63,511 nt of DNA, filler included, from Chiloscyllium plagiosum (GCF_004010195.1; 4 parts of one record of this genome joined end to end with filler, not necessarily neighbours in it); one strand, 5' to 3'; shown: positions 12,926-26,048, numbered from the whole stretch's first letter. A program made the numbers and translations. Notes: generated by a model from the letters alone, not told the origin.

Positions 12926-13304
12926 TGAACCTGAGGGGCACCAGTATCCTTGGTGGGAGGTTTGCTAGTGCTCTTGGGGGGGGTTTAAACTAACTCTGCA
13001 GGGGCATGGGAACCCAGACTGTAGCTTTAGGGTGCAGGACCTGGAGTGTAGGGAGGTTAGGAACATGGCATCAATTTCAAAGGAGGGTGCCTGTAAACAG
13101 GAAAGTGGCTTGAAGTGTGTATACTTCAATGCAAGAAGTATACGAAATAAGGTAGGTGAACTTGCAGCGTGGGTTGGTACCTGGGACTTCGATGTTGTGG
13201 CTATTACGGAGACATGGGTAGAACAGGGACAGGATTGGCTGTTGCAGGTTCCAGGGTTTAAATGTTTCATTAAGAACAAGCAAGGCAGTAAAAGCTGGGG
13301 AGGC
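12926..13304 (+). mobile_element. CR1 ORF1/ORF2 junction and endonuclease N-terminus
   Basis: GLKCVYFNARSIRNKVGELAAWVGTWDFDVVAITETW. Confidence 0.9.
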
Positions 13305-13404
13305 NNNNNNNNNNNNNNNNNNNNNNNNNNNNNNNNNNNNNNNNNNNNTTAATTAATTAANNNNNNNNNNNNNNNNNNNNNNNNNNNNNNNNNNNNNNNN
13401 NNNN
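13305..13404. other. Scaffold join: 44 N + TTAATTAATTAA + 44 N
   Basis: Identical 100-bp construct also at 38550-38649 and 57661-57760; the 12-mer puts stops in all six frames. Confidence 0.95.
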
Positions 13405-13578
13405 CCTATCGCATTTCCAACGCCCCTCCCCCAAGTCCGTCCTCCCTACCTTTTATCTTAGCCTGCTGGGCACACTTTCCTCATTCCTGAAGAAGGACTC
13501 ATGCCCGAAACGTCGATTCTCCTGCTCCTTGGATGCTACCTGACCTGCTGCGCTTTTCCAGCAACACGTTTTCAGCTT
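13405..13578 (+). mobile_element. PLE terminal repeat with HHR (13483-13518)
   Basis: ATTC-CTGAAGA-AGGACTCATGCCC-GAAAC-GTC-GATT. Confidence 0.85.
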
Positions 13579-13579
13579 G

Positions 13580-14345
13580 GGTCAATTTTTGTCCAGTGTT
13601 TGCAGGAGGGCTTCTTGACACAGTATGTAGACAGGCCAACAAGGGGTGAAGCCACATTAGATTTGGTACTGGGTAATGATCCTGGCCAGGTGTTAGACTT
13701 GGAAGTAGGTGAGCATTTTGGTGATAGCGATCACAATTCTGTTACGTTTACTTTAGTGATAGAAAGGGATAGGTGTTTACCACTGGGCAAGAGTTACAGC
13801 TGGGGGAAAGGCAATTACGATGCAATTAGGCAAGATTTAGGAAGCATAGGATGGGGAAGGAAACTGCATGGGATGGGCACATTAGAAATGTGGAGCTTAT
13901 TCAAGAAAAAGCTCCTGTGTGTCCTAGATAAGTATGTACCTGTCAGGCAGGGAGGAAGCTGTGGAGCATGGGAGCCGTGGTTTACGAAGGAAGTGGAATT
14001 TCTGGTCAAGAGGAAGAAGAAGGCTTATGTTAGGAGGAGATGTGAAGGCTCAGTTTGAGCGTTTGACGGTTACAAGGTAGCCAGGAAAAACCTAAAGAGA
14101 AAGCTCAGAAGAGCCAGGAGGAGACATGAGAAGTTGTTGGCATATAGTAAGGGTATGGAATACTTTGCCTGCAACGGTAGTAGATTCACCAACTTTAAGT
14201 ACATTTAAGTTGTCATTGGACAAGCATATGGACGTACATGGAATAGTGTAGTTAGATGGGCTTCAGATTGGTATGACAGGTCGGTGCAACATCGAGGGCC
14301 GAAGGGCCTGTACTGCACTGTAATGTTCTATTTTCTGTGTTGCTA
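13580..14345 (+). mobile_element. CR1 ORF2 fragment joined to a CR1 3' end
   Basis: FLTQYVDRPTRGEATLDLVLGN..HFGDSDHNSV; jumps to 3'UTR near 14150. Confidence 0.88.
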
Positions 14346-15258
14346 TGTATTGCTAGGAAGGGCTAGCTGTTAGTTGTTAAAATCTAATTTTACACTAGAA
14401 TCATTGAATCTTACTGCACAGATAAAAGACATTCAGTCATTATCCCTTTGTCAGTTTTCTGCAGAGGCTGCCCTGATCTTCCCCATATCCCTTTAATTTT
14501 CTGTCTTTTAAGTACTCATCTCTTTCACTTTGAAAGTTACTGTGAAATCTGTTTCCGCTACTCTTTCATGCAGACTATTCCAGATCACCACTCCTTGTAG
14601 TTAAAAACATTCTTCTCAACCCAATTCTGACTCTTTTTGCCAATTACCTCAAATTTGTGCGCTCTGATTACTGAACTTCCTGCTAATGAAAACATTTTCT
14701 CCTTATTTACTGTACGTATTTCTTTCTATGCCACGACACTGAATTTGGTTTCTAGAAGTTGTATCTAGTGACTGAAAAACTATAGATTGTGCAGAGAAGT
14801 AGACAGAAATTGCTGGAGGTAGAGAATTTTCAGTGACCACACTTTGTTCAAATAACTATGTTCAGCCAGCCAAGTTGATTCATAAAACAAGTAATGGAAG
14901 ATCAGTCTGAAATTCTCCATTGCACAACTAAGTGGGAGGTGTTGAACTTTGTATTAGTGTTGTCGAATAGAAGTTGCTGACTTTCCCTGTACCCATGTTG
15001 ACAACATTATAGCATCTACACTAATTTCATTCATACAAGTACATTTATAGGAGTACTTAGGAGGGTATCTATCACTTTTCAGTTACAAAGAGGTTAAGCA
15101 AACATTCTGACTGAGAAAAAGAAGTGAACCATGCTACATTTGGTCTGAGCAAAAATGATTAAATTCACATAGAGGTACCATGCAAATAAGTATGTGGCCA
15201 GAGGTAATGTTGGTTATAAACTTTTCACTAATGAATCAGAAGAACAATTGGGCCTTAC

Positions 15259-15302
15259 CTGGATTTCCAATTAACATATGGCCCATGTATTAGACCATGT
15301 TG
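15259..15302 (-). CDS. Candidate coding exon (QHGLIHGPYVNWKS+AG)
   Basis: Strong donor CAG|GTAAGG; weak A-rich acceptor; phase 2 end matches the next candidate exon. Confidence 0.35.
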
Positions 15303-15349
15303 CTTTATGTAAATTAATATTCTTCAAATATATATTTTGTCTCCACAGT

Positions 15350-17420
15350 TATAGAGTCATAGAGATGTACACACAGAAACAGTCCCTTCAGTCCAACTCA
15401 TCCATGCCGACCAGATATCCCATCCCAAGATAGTCCCACCTGCCAGCACCTGGCCCGCATCTCTCCAACCTTTCCTATTCATATACCCATCCAAATGCCT
15501 TTTAAATGTTGCAATTGTACCAGCCTCCACCACTTCTTTTGGCAGCTCACTCCATACATGTACCACCTCCTGCATGAAGAAGTTGTCCCTTAGATCTCTT
15601 TTATATCTTTCCTCTCTCACCCTTAACCTATGCCCTCTAGTTCTGGACTCCCTCACCCCAGGGAAAAGACTTTGTCTATTTACCATATACATGCTCCTCA
15701 TAATTTTGTAAACCTCTGTAAGGTCACCCCTCAGCCTCCTACACTCCAGGGAAAACAGCACCAACTGGTTCAGCCTCTCCCTATAGCTCAAATTCTCCAA
15801 CCCTGGCAACATCCTTGTAAATCTTTTCTGAACCCTTTCAAGTTTCATTACATCTCCCAAAGGAAGGAGACCAGAATTGCATGCAATATTCCAACAGTGG
15901 CCTAACCAATGTCCTGTACAGCCGCAACATGACCTCCCGACTCCTGTACTCAATACTCTGACCAATAAAGGAAAGTATACCAAACGCCTTCTTCACTATC
16001 CTATCTACCTGCGATGCCACTTTCAAGGAGCTATGAATCTGCACTCCAAGGTCTCTTTGTTCAGCAACACACCCTAGGACCTGACCATTAAGTGTATAAG
16101 TCCTGCTAAGAGTTGCTTTCCCAAAATATCTAACCTTGCTAATCAGTCTCCCATGTGGAACCTTGTCAAATGCCTTACTGAAGTCCATATGGATCACATC
16201 TATCACTCTGCCCTCATCAATCCTCTTTGTTACTTCTTCAAAAAACTCAATCAAGTTTGTGAGACAAGATTTCCCATGCACAAAGCCATGTTGACTATCC
16301 CTAATCAGTCCTTGTGATTCCAAATACATGTACATCCTGTCTCTTAGGATTCCCTCCAACAACTTGCCCACCACTGAGTTTAGGCTCACTGGTCTATAGT
16401 TCCCTGGCTTGTCCTTACCACCGTTCTTAAACAGTGGCACTACGTTAGCCAACCTCCAGTCTTCCAGCACCTCACCTGTGACTATCGATGATACAACTAT
16501 CTCAGTAAGAGGCCCAGCAATCACTTCCCTAGCTTCACACAGAGTCCTAGGGTACACCTGATCAGGTCCTGGGAATTTATACACCTTTACGCACTTCCTC
16601 CTCTGTAATATGGACAATTTGCAAGATGTCACCATCTATTTCCCTACATTCTATATCTTCTATATTCTTTGCCACAGTAAATACTGATGCAAATTACTCG
16701 TTTAGTATCTCCCCCATTTTCTGCGGCTCCACACAAAGGCTGCCTTGCTGATCTTTGAGGTCCACTAATCTCTCCCTAGTTAACCTTTTGTACTTGATGT
16801 ATTTGTAATAACCCTTTGGATTCTCCTTAATTCTATTTGTCAAAGCTATCTCATGTCCCCTTTTTGCTCTCCTGATTTCCCTCTTAAGTATACTCCTACT
16901 TCCTTTATACTCTAAGGATTGACTTGATCTATCCTGTCTATATCTTACATATGCTTCCCTCTTTTTCTTAACCAAACCCTCAATTTCTTTAGTCATCCAG
17001 TATTCCCTATACCTACCAGCCTTTCCTTTCAGCCTATTGCTATGATATCCCAGTCCCATGTTCCTAACCATCCCTGAGTTCATCTGCCATCCCTGTTAGG
17101 CCCCCTGCATTGAAATAAATGCAGTTTAATTTATTAGTCCTACCTTGTCCCTGCCTGCCCTGACTGTTTGACTTGCTTCTGTTCTCAACTGTACCATAGA
17201 GTCATAGAGTCATGGAGATGTACATCACAGACCTTTCGGACCCTTCGGTCCAACCCATCCATGCCGACCAGATATCCCAACCCAATCTAGTCCCACCTGC
17301 CAGCACCTGGCCCATATCCCTCCAAACCATTCGTATTCATATACCCATCCAAATGCCTTTTAAATGTTGCAATTGTGCCAGCCTCCACCACTTCCTCTAG
17401 CAGCTCATTCCATACATGTG
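15350..17420 (-). mobile_element. CR1 LINE with internal deletions plus a second CR1 3' end (~17196-17420)
   Basis: DWRLANVVPLFKNGGKDKPGNYRPVSL..DFSKAFDKVPH; GACTCTAT tail repeats. Confidence 0.92.
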
Positions 17421-18354
17421 CTATTGTCGCAGTGCAACATATCTATAATACACATTGTAGCCACACTGCACCAATGGTGGACAAAGTGAGTGTTGAAGAT
17501 GGTGGATGTGGTGCTGATCAAGTTACTTTGACTGCGATCGTGCTAAGTTTCTTGAGTGTTGTTGGAGCTGCACTTATCAGGCAAGAGGAGAGTATCTCAT
17601 CATGCTTGTGTACTGTAGATGGGTGGACAGGTTCTGGGGAGAATTACTGACTTCAGAATTCCAGCCTTTGACTTGCTTTTGGTTAAAACTGTTCAGCTTT
17701 GTTACAAATCCTTCTTAAGTTTAATTGCATTGTCACCTCCATATCTGAACCTGAGTCCTCCACATCTGAGTTATTATGATCTTCTTTTCCTTTGTATTCT
17801 CATTGGCACCAGAGTCATTAGGCATCATGCTTTTGTGCTCTGAATGTCCCTCCACTGAGCCACACATGTTTTTGCCTTCAAACGCTCCTTATGACTTTCA
17901 GAGACTTCACCCAGCCCTGTTATATTATTCAGGGAGATTTGGGATACTAAAGGTGCTGTTTAAATGCAGGCTGTTATTAAAACATAGCATTCTATTCAAC
18001 CTCACCATCAAATTTCTCATGGATGACCTTACCCCAACAAAAATTGCATATTTCTCATTTCCATCAGCAAATGAAAATAGATTTGATCAACACTTTTTCA
18101 TTTAAATGCTATCCCTTTAAATGCAAGCCATTGTACATCTGGCTCAGGGCCCAATTATGTCATCAGCCATTGCTGTTCAGCCTAAGCCACTAATTGGATG
18201 AGTGCCATTACATGCCCACAATGATTGATAGTGTACTGCAGTTGAGGGTGAAGGAGCAGGTCCATTTATTCTATGAGCATTGTTGTTGGTAAAGGCATTG
18301 AATCCACACAGACATAAATGATTGTCACTGTCAACTGTACACTAAACCATCACA

Positions 18355-18700
18355 GGGGCGGTACAGTGGCTCAGTGGTTAGTACTGCTGCCTCACAGTGC
18401 CAGGGACCTGGGTTTGATTCCACCCTCAGGTGACCGTCTGTGTGGATCTTGTATGTTTTCCCTGTGTCTGCGTGGGTTTCCTCCCACTGCACACAAAAAT
18501 GTCCAGGTTAGTTGGCTTAGCCATACTAAATTGGCTCTAGTGTCCAGGGATGTGTAGGTTAGGTGGGTTAGCATGGTAGTTGAAGGTTTATGGGGAAAGG
18601 GTAGTGGGGTGGGCCTGGGAGGGATGCTCTTTGGAGAGTCGCTGCAAACTCAGTGGGCTGAATGGCCTGCGTCTGCCCTGTAGGGATTTCATGATTCACA
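18355..18700 (+). mobile_element. HE1-like V-SINE
   Basis: GGGGCGGTACAGTGGCTCAGTGGTTAG head, GGGTTTGATTCC B box, conserved core and CR1-like tail. Confidence 0.88.
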
Positions 18701-18919
18701 TGATTCCTAAATTTGCAGTATATGTGGCTAGCTTGGTTGACATTTCAAAAACATTCTGAAGACGTGCAATAAAATAAGCTACTTTAATACAATTGCATTC
18801 TGTGAAAATAATGTACAAGAATTGACTGCGTTCTTGTGGACAGAAGATCTGATTAATGGCAATGGTTGTGTGAAAACTAGTTAGACTCTTATGGCTATTT
18901 ATATTTGAGGCATTTTTCT

Positions 18920-20460
18920 TCATAGGAAGTGTTTGCTGGGCCTCTTACTGAGATATTTGTACCATCGATAGTCACAGGTGAGGTGCCGGAAGACTGGAAG
19001 TTGGCTAACGTGGTGCCACTGTTTAAGAACAATGGTAAGGACAAGCCAGGGAACTATAGACCAGTGAGCCTGGCATCGGTTGTGGGAAAGTTGTTGGAGG
19101 GAATCCTGAGGGACAGGATGTACATATATTTGGAAAGGTAAGGACTGATTAGGGATCGTCAACATGGCTTTGTGCCTGGGAAATCTTGTCTCACAAACTT
19201 GACTTAGTTTTTTGAAGAAATAACAAAGAAGATTAGTGAGGGAAGAACGGTGGACGTGATGTATATGGACTTCAGTAAGGCATTCGACAAGGTTCCCCAT
19301 GGGAGATTGATTAGCAAGGTTAGAGCTCATGGAATACAGGGACAACTAGCCATTTGGATACAGAACTGGCTCAAAGGTAGAAGACAGATGGTGGTGGTGG
19401 AGGGTTGTTTTTCAGACTGGAGGCCTGTGACCAGTGGAATGCCACAAGAATCGGTGCTGGGTCCATTACTTTTCATCATTTATATAAATGATTTGGATGT
19501 GATCATAAGAAGTATAGTTAGTAAGTTTGCAGGTGACACCAAAATTGGAGGTGTAGTGGACAGCGAAGAAGGTTACCTCAGATTACAACGGGATCTTGAT
19601 CAGATGGGCCAATGGGCTGAGAAGTGGCAGATGGAGTTTAATTTAGATAAATGCGAGGTGCTGCATTTTGGGACAGCAAATCTTAGCAGGACTAATCCAC
19701 TTAATGGTCAGGTCTCAGGGCATGTTGCTGAACAAAGAGATCTTGGAGTGCAGGTTCATAGCTCCTTGAAAGTGGAGTCGCAGGTAGATAGGATAGTGAA
19801 GAAGGCGTTTGGTATGCTTTCCTTTATTGGTCAGAGTATTGAGTACAGGAGTTGGGAGGTCATGTTGCGGCTGTACAGGACATTGGTTAGGCCACTGTTG
19901 GAATATTGTGTGCAATTCTGGTTTCCTTCCTATCGGAAAGATGTTGTGAAACTTGAAAGGGTTCAGAAAAGATTTACAAGGTTGTTGCCAGGGTTGGAGG
20001 ATTTGAGCTATAGGGAGAGGTTGAATAAATTAGGGCTGTTTTGCCTGGAGTGTTGGAGGCTGAGGGGTGACCTTATAGAGCTTTACAAAATCATGAGTGG
20101 CATGGATAGGATAAATAGACAAAGTCTCTTCCCTGGGGTCGGGGAGTCTAGAACTAGAGAGCGTGGGTTTAGGGTGAGAGGGGAAAGATATAAAAGAGAC
20201 CTGAGGGGCAACTTTTTCACACAGAGGGTGATACGTGTATGGAATGAGCTGCCAGAGGAAGTAGTGGAAGCTGGTACAATTGCAACATTTAAGAGGCATT
20301 TGGATGGGTGTATGAGTAGGAAGGGTTTGGAGAGATATGGGCCAGGTGCTGGTAGGTGGGACTAGATTGGGTTGGGATATCTGTTCGGCGTGGACAGGTT
20401 GGACCGAAGGGTCTGTTTCCTTGCTGTACATCTCTAAGACTCTATGATCTATGACTCTAA
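18920..20460 (+). mobile_element. CR1 LINE, 5'-truncated; 371-aa open RT/C-terminal stretch at 19250-20365
   Basis: DFSKAFDKVPH, QESVLGP, KFAGDTK (catalytic FADD mutated), stops upstream, (GACTCTAT)n tail. Confidence 0.95.
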
Positions 20461-21119
20461 GTACAGTAAAAACATTGTTTATGAGCAGTACAAGTTATTC
20501 ATAGTAAGCAAAAACTTGTCACAACCCAATCACTTGTCTCCGAGCAACCAGCCTTCAAGTCAAGTGCCAGCCCAAAGACTGACTGCAGTGGACTGCCTCA
20601 GGTTGAAGATGTCACAGCTGCTTCCATGGCAGGCACTTATTGACACAATGTTTTGAGCAAGCTTCATGGACCTATAGATACTAACAGCTATTTGGATCTT
20701 TATTACATGTCTAACTTTTACCCAGTTCTGAAAGGTTATAGATTAGAGTCTTGATTAGAGTGGTGCTGGAACAACTGTTTTTCTCTCCACAGCCCAACAT
20801 GTCAAGTATTTCCAGAATTTTATCTTAGATTTCCAACATCGGCAGTTGTTTGCTTTTCCTTTAATTGACTTAATCCTACATTTACTTCAGAACAATTAGG
20901 TGTTGTTATCTTAGAACTTCGTTATAGTATAGAATTCCTTATAAGACTGTGTATGTCAGTGTATGTCACAACATTCTGCTAGAAACGATGTGAGAATCTC
21001 TCATACAAGTCTATTCGTATGCACCTCCAAATAACTAACTTTTTAAAACATACAATGTGAGTAATTTGGAATGTAAATTCATACAATGGTGTCAGTAGTG
21101 GAATCTCTGGATCCTCTGG

Positions 21120-21490
21120 AATCAAGAGATGCTGGTGTAGTGGTAAAGTCAGTACAACATGATCCAGAGGCATAGGCTAATTCTCTGGGGACATAAGTTT
21201 AAATTTGACCATATTGTGGAAATTAAGCTGAATTAATATATCTAGAATATAAAGCTAGCCTAAGCATAGGTCAGTGTAACTACTATAATTGATCATTTTA
21301 AAACCTGGTTCACTAATGAACTATAGGGAAAGAAATCTGCCATTCTTACTTGGACTGGTCTACATGCAATTCCACAGCAATGTAATCAACTCTTAACTGC
21401 TTTCTGAAATGGCCTAGAAGCCACTCAGTTCAAGATGGGCAACAAATGCTGGCTTTGCCAATGACAACACATCCAGTGAAACAATAAAGG
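21120..21490 (+). mobile_element. Old tRNA-derived SINE sharing its 3' tail with an RTEX-like LINE
   Basis: TGGTGTAGTGGT head; tail GATGGGCAACAAATGCTGGC..ACATCC matches 52517-52570. Confidence 0.65.
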
Positions 21491-22169
21491 AAAACATTCA
21501 GTAGGTCATGTACTGGCTTATTGTTAAAAGTTAAAAATCTTTTTATTAACCTTTAAACCTCTAAAGTTTCTCAGTTGTGATGAAAGATAATTGACCTGAA
21601 ACATTAACTCTGTTTCTGTCACGACAGATGATCCTGATCTCCTGTAGGTTTCCATGATTTTCTGCTTCTGCTTCAAATTTTCAGCACCCAGTTATTTTTA
21701 CACTTTTGTCAGTAACCCTGACCAACCTTGCATTTTACAAAAAAAAGCCTACATCTTGAAGACCTGTTGAACTATGAGTTAACTTCTTAATTGTCTACTT
21801 AGTAGCTAGATTTTGAGACTTTAAAGGACACTTTTACTGTAAGAGCACTTAATTTTAGGCAATGCAGAATATGTTACAAATTACATAGCATCTGACTTAT
21901 TAAGAAAAATTACTATATCTGCACATGCACAGGTGCTAATCTTGCATCTAATATGTAACCACCATTTTCAGATGTCGTTCGTTGTTCAATCAGTAAGTAA
22001 TATTTTAAAAGGATATTAATCTTTGAAAACCTGAAATTTACAAACAATATCAATTCAATATCTTTTCAAAGGCATTAGACTAATCTTAAAGGGTCCAAAC
22101 AATACTAAAAATCACTCGTGCCTTCTAAACAAATCTGAACAACCTCATGGATGCAGCATTACTAGTTTT

Positions 22170-22975
22170 ACATTATGATTTGGAGGAGCTGGTGTTGGAC
22201 TGGGGTGGACAAAGTTAAAAATCACACATCAGGTTATAGTCCAACAGGTTTATTTGGAAGCACTAGCTTTCAGAGCGCTGCTCCTTCATCAGGTGGTTGT
22301 GGAGAATGAGAACATAAGACACAAAACTTACAGCAAAAGATTACAGTGTCCTGCAACTGAAATGATATATTGAATAAACCTGGATTGTTGTTAAGTCTTT
22401 CATCTTTTCGAATGGGTTGCAGGTTTCGGTTCATTTTCATGTAAATCCCAGAATTTCTTTTAAGTCACCTTCTCAAGATATCTTAAGGTTTTGTAACAAA
22501 AGGTGACATCTCAGCTCAGACAATGCATTAGAGGTGTGAGGTTAGAGTCTGGCTGTATCCCAATCTTGAGTCAGACTGGTTCTATTTTCAAGGTGGAATT
22601 TACAAAATATTACATGGACTGACTGCCTGCATTGACTGCTTGCAGATTGTGCATTTTTTTCAGCAAAATAGAATATATCTGGAAATAAAATTCTACAAAT
22701 ACAAATTCACCCCATAGACTTATATGTGTGTGTGTGTGCATGAGAGAGGGAGAGAGAGAGAGAGAGTGCATATGTGCATGTGTGAAAGCTTGGTAAAGTG
22801 TGCGTGTTGGTGTGATGGAGTATAAGCTTGTGAGGGGGAGTGTGTGGGGTGTTTGTGTGTGTGTGAGAGAGGAAGCGTGTGTATGAGAGAGGGTCTATGT
22901 GAGTGTGTGAGTATGTAAGAGTGCAGGTGTGTGTGTATGTGTGTGTGCGCATGTGTGAGAGAGAGAATGTATAGT
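22170..22975 (-). mobile_element. PLE terminal region (inverted arm) with (TG/AG)n tract
   Basis: Reverse complement of 24950-25500 plus 26050-26570. Confidence 0.85.
22261..22295 (-). ncRNA. Minimal type I hammerhead ribozyme motif (PLE family 2)
   Basis: CAC-CUGAUGA-AGGAGCAGCGCUCU-GAAAG-CUA-GUG: stem I CAC/GUG, stem II GGAGC/GCUCU, palindromic AGCU stem III. A decayed copy lies at ~26460-26495 (+). Confidence 0.8.
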
Positions 22976-23200
22976 GCTTGGATGTAAATTTGCTCACTGA
23001 GCTGGAAGATTTGTTTTCAGATGTTTCATTGTCACACTAAGTAACATCATCAGAACGCCTCCGGTGAAGCACTGTTAGTATAGCGCGCTTTTTATTTATA
23101 TGTTTAGGTTTCTTGGGTTGGTGATGTCATTTCCTGTGGTGATGTAATTTCCTGTTCTTTTTCTCAGGGGGTGGTAAATGGGATCCAAGTCAATGTGTTT
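22975..23200 (-). mobile_element. PLE terminal fragment (family 3), degenerate HHR
   Basis: Homologous to 33410-33580; minus strand CTGATGATGTTAC..GAAACATC. Confidence 0.75.
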
Positions 23201-23652
23201 GGTCATTATGGTTGAGGAGAATAATGACCTCCTCAGGAGACGGAGATGGGTTGCAACCGAAACGGTACCCTTCATTGTCCAGTACTTTCCCAGGATCCAG
23301 GAAACTATGCCATGTTCTTCGCAACCTGAAACACATCATTGATGAGGATGAGCATCTCACCAAGTCCTTCCCTATGCTCCATTGTTCACTTTTAAACAAC
23401 TGCTGTGCCTTAAAAAGATGATTGATTGCAGCAAACTGCCCAGCCTTCAAGACAACATCAACCACAACACCCTACAACCCTGTCATGTCAACCACGGCAA
23501 GACGTAACAGACTGTCAACGCAGATACCACCATTATCTGTGGGGACACCATCCAGCGGGAACATGATAGGTACTCATGTGACTTGGCCAACATTGTCTAC
23601 CTCATATGCTGCAGGCAAGGATGCCCGAGGCATGGTACATTGGCAAGATCAA

Positions 23653-24715
23653 AAACTTGATTGAGCTTTTTGAAGAAGTAACAAAGAGGATTGATGAGGG
23701 CAGAGTGGCAGATGTGATCTATACGGACCTCAGTAAGGCGTTCAACAAGGTTCCCCATGGGAGACTGATGAGCAAGGTTAGAGCTCATGGAATACAGGGA
23801 GAACTAGCCATTTGGATACAGAACTGGCTCAAAGATAGAAGACAGAGGGTGGTGGTGGAGAGGTGTTTTTCAGACTGGAGGCCTGTGACCAGTGGAGTGC
23901 CACAAGGATCGGTGCTGTGTCCTCCACTTTTTGTCATTTACATAAATGATTTGGATGCGAGCATAAGAGGCACAGTTAGTAAGTTTGCAGATGACACCAA
24001 AATTAGAGGTGTAGTGGACAGCGAAGAGGATTACCACAGATTACAGCAGGATCTTGACCAGATGGGTCAATGGGCTGAGAAGTGGCAGATGGAGTTTAAT
24101 TCAGATAGATGTGAGGTGCTGCATTTTGGGAAAGCAAATCTTAGCAGGACTTANNNNNNNNNNNNNNNNNNNNNNNNNNNNNNNNNNNNNNNNNNNNNNN
24201 NNNNNNNNNNNNNNNNNNNNNNNNNNNNNNNNNNNNNNNNNNNNNNNNNNNNNNNNNNNNNNNNNNNNNNNNNNNNNNNNNNNNNNNNNNNNNNNNNNNN
24301 NNNNNNNNNNNNNNNNNNNNNNNNNNNNNNNNNNNNNNNNNNNNNNNNTAGAGGTTTCCAAAATTATGAGGGGCATGGATAGGATAAATAGGCAAAGTCT
24401 TTTCCCTGGGGTGGGGAGTCCAGAACTAGAGAGCATAGATTTAGGGTGAGAGGGGAAAGATATAAAAGAGACCTAAGGGGCAACTTTTCCACACAGTGGG
24501 TGGTAAGGGTATGGAATGACCTGCCAGAGGATGTGGTGGAAGCTGGTACAATTGCAACATTTAAGAGGCATTTGAATGGGTGTATGAGTAGGAAAGGGTT
24601 GGAGGGATTTGGGCCAGGTGCTGGCAGGTGGGACTAGATTGGGTTGGTATATCTGGTCGGTATGGACGGGTTGGACCGAAGAGTTTGTTTCCATGCTGTA
24701 CATCTCTATAACTCT
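23653..24715 (+). mobile_element. CR1 RT fragment inserted in the PLE GIY-YIG domain (includes 195-N gap at 24154-24348)
   Basis: TSD AAGATCAA at 23645-23652 and 24716-24723; VPQGSVL, KFADDTK. Confidence 0.92.
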
Positions 24716-25502
24716 AAGATCAAGCAGATGCAACCACAATGGATGAATGGACACTGTTCCCTCCCAGTCGGGGAACTCTTCAGCATTCAGGGACATTCGA
24801 CCTCGGATCTTCAGGTGACCATCCTCCAAGGCGGACTTCAGGATAAGCAACAACACAAACTGGCAAAGCAGAGGCTGATAGCCAAGTTTGGTACCCATGA
24901 GGACAGCCTCAACTGGGACCTTAGGTTCATGTCACACTACAGATGATCCAACTACACTTTACATTCTCTCACACACTCCCCCACCCCCCCCCCCAACCAC
25001 CACACACACATACATACACACATTCTTAAATACTCACATAGATCCTCATACAAACATGCTCTCTCTCTCATACACTCACATAAACACCCCCCACACTCAC
25101 ACTCTCCCACAGGCTTATACTCCATCACACCCACACACCAAGCTTTCACACACACAAATACATATTCTCTCACACGTACTCACACTCACACACACTCTCA
25201 CTCTCTCCCTCTCTGTCATGCACACACACATATATATGCCTATGGGGTGAATTTGTATTTGCAGAATTATATTTGCAAATACATTTTATTCTGCTGAAAA
25301 AATGCACAAGCTGCAGGCAGTCAATGCAGGCAATCAATCCATGTAATATTTTATAAATTCCACCTTGGAAATAGAACCAGTCTGACTCAAGATTGGGATA
25401 CAGCCAGACTCTAACTTTTCACCTTTACACCTTTGTCTGAGCTGAGATGTCAGCTTTTGTTACAAAACCTTAAGTTATCTCGAGAAGGTGACTTAAGAGA
25501 AC

Positions 25503-26048
25503 TTAGACTCCCTACTGTGTGGAAACAGGCCCTCGGCCCAGAAGGTCCTCACTGATTCTCCAAAGAGTAACCCACCCTGACCCATTACCTTATTCCTCTA
25601 CATTTCTGAGCTGAAAAATGTGTTTCTGGAAAAGTGCAGCAGGTCAGGCAACATCCAAGGAGCAGGAGAATCGACGTTTCGGGCATAAGCCCTTCTTCAG
25701 GAATGAAGAAGGGCTTATGCCCGAAACGTCAATTCTCCTGCTCCTTGGATGCTGCCTGACCTGCTGCGCTTTTCCAGCAACACATTTTTCAGCCCTGATC
25801 TCCAGCATCTGTAGTCCTCACTTACTCTGCATTTCCCCTGACTAATGCACCTAACAGTACGGGCAATTAAGCATGGCCGATTCACCTAACCTGCACCTCT
25901 TTGAATTGTTGGAGGAAACCAATGGAAACCCATGCAAACACAGGGAGAATGTGCAAACTCCACACAGACAGTTGCCCGAGGCTGGAATCAAACCTGGGTC
26001 CTGGTGCTGTGAGGCTGTACCGCTAACCATTGAGTCACCTTGCTGCCT
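25503..26048 (-). mobile_element. HE1-like SINE carrying a fold-back HHR insertion (~25608-25826)
   Basis: SINE head, core and tail as in other copies; the insert is flanked by CT(A/G)CATTTC. Confidence 0.85.
25669..25704 (-). ncRNA. Minimal hammerhead motif (PLE family 1), intact core
   Basis: AUUC-CUGAAGA-AGGGC UUAU GCCC-GAAAC-GUC-GAUU. Confidence 0.85.

Noticed and set aside
13349..13360. Palindromic TTAATTAATTAA recurring at 13349, 38594 and 57705
   Set aside because: Always centred in 44 N + 44 N; an artificial six-frame-stop scaffold linker. Adjacency across these joins is unverified.
13501..13580. Recurrent small ORFs MPETSILLLLGCCLTCCAFPA / MCCWKSAAGQAAS.. suggesting a peptide family
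   Set aside because: Incidental translations of the PLE terminal repeat on both strands.
19250..20365. 371-aa ORF as a functional RT gene
   Set aside because: 5'-truncated CR1 with upstream stops and FADD mutated to FAGD.
22707..25250. His/Thr- or Val/Cys-rich ORFs
   Set aside because: Translations of (CA)n/(TG)n tracts within PLE tails.
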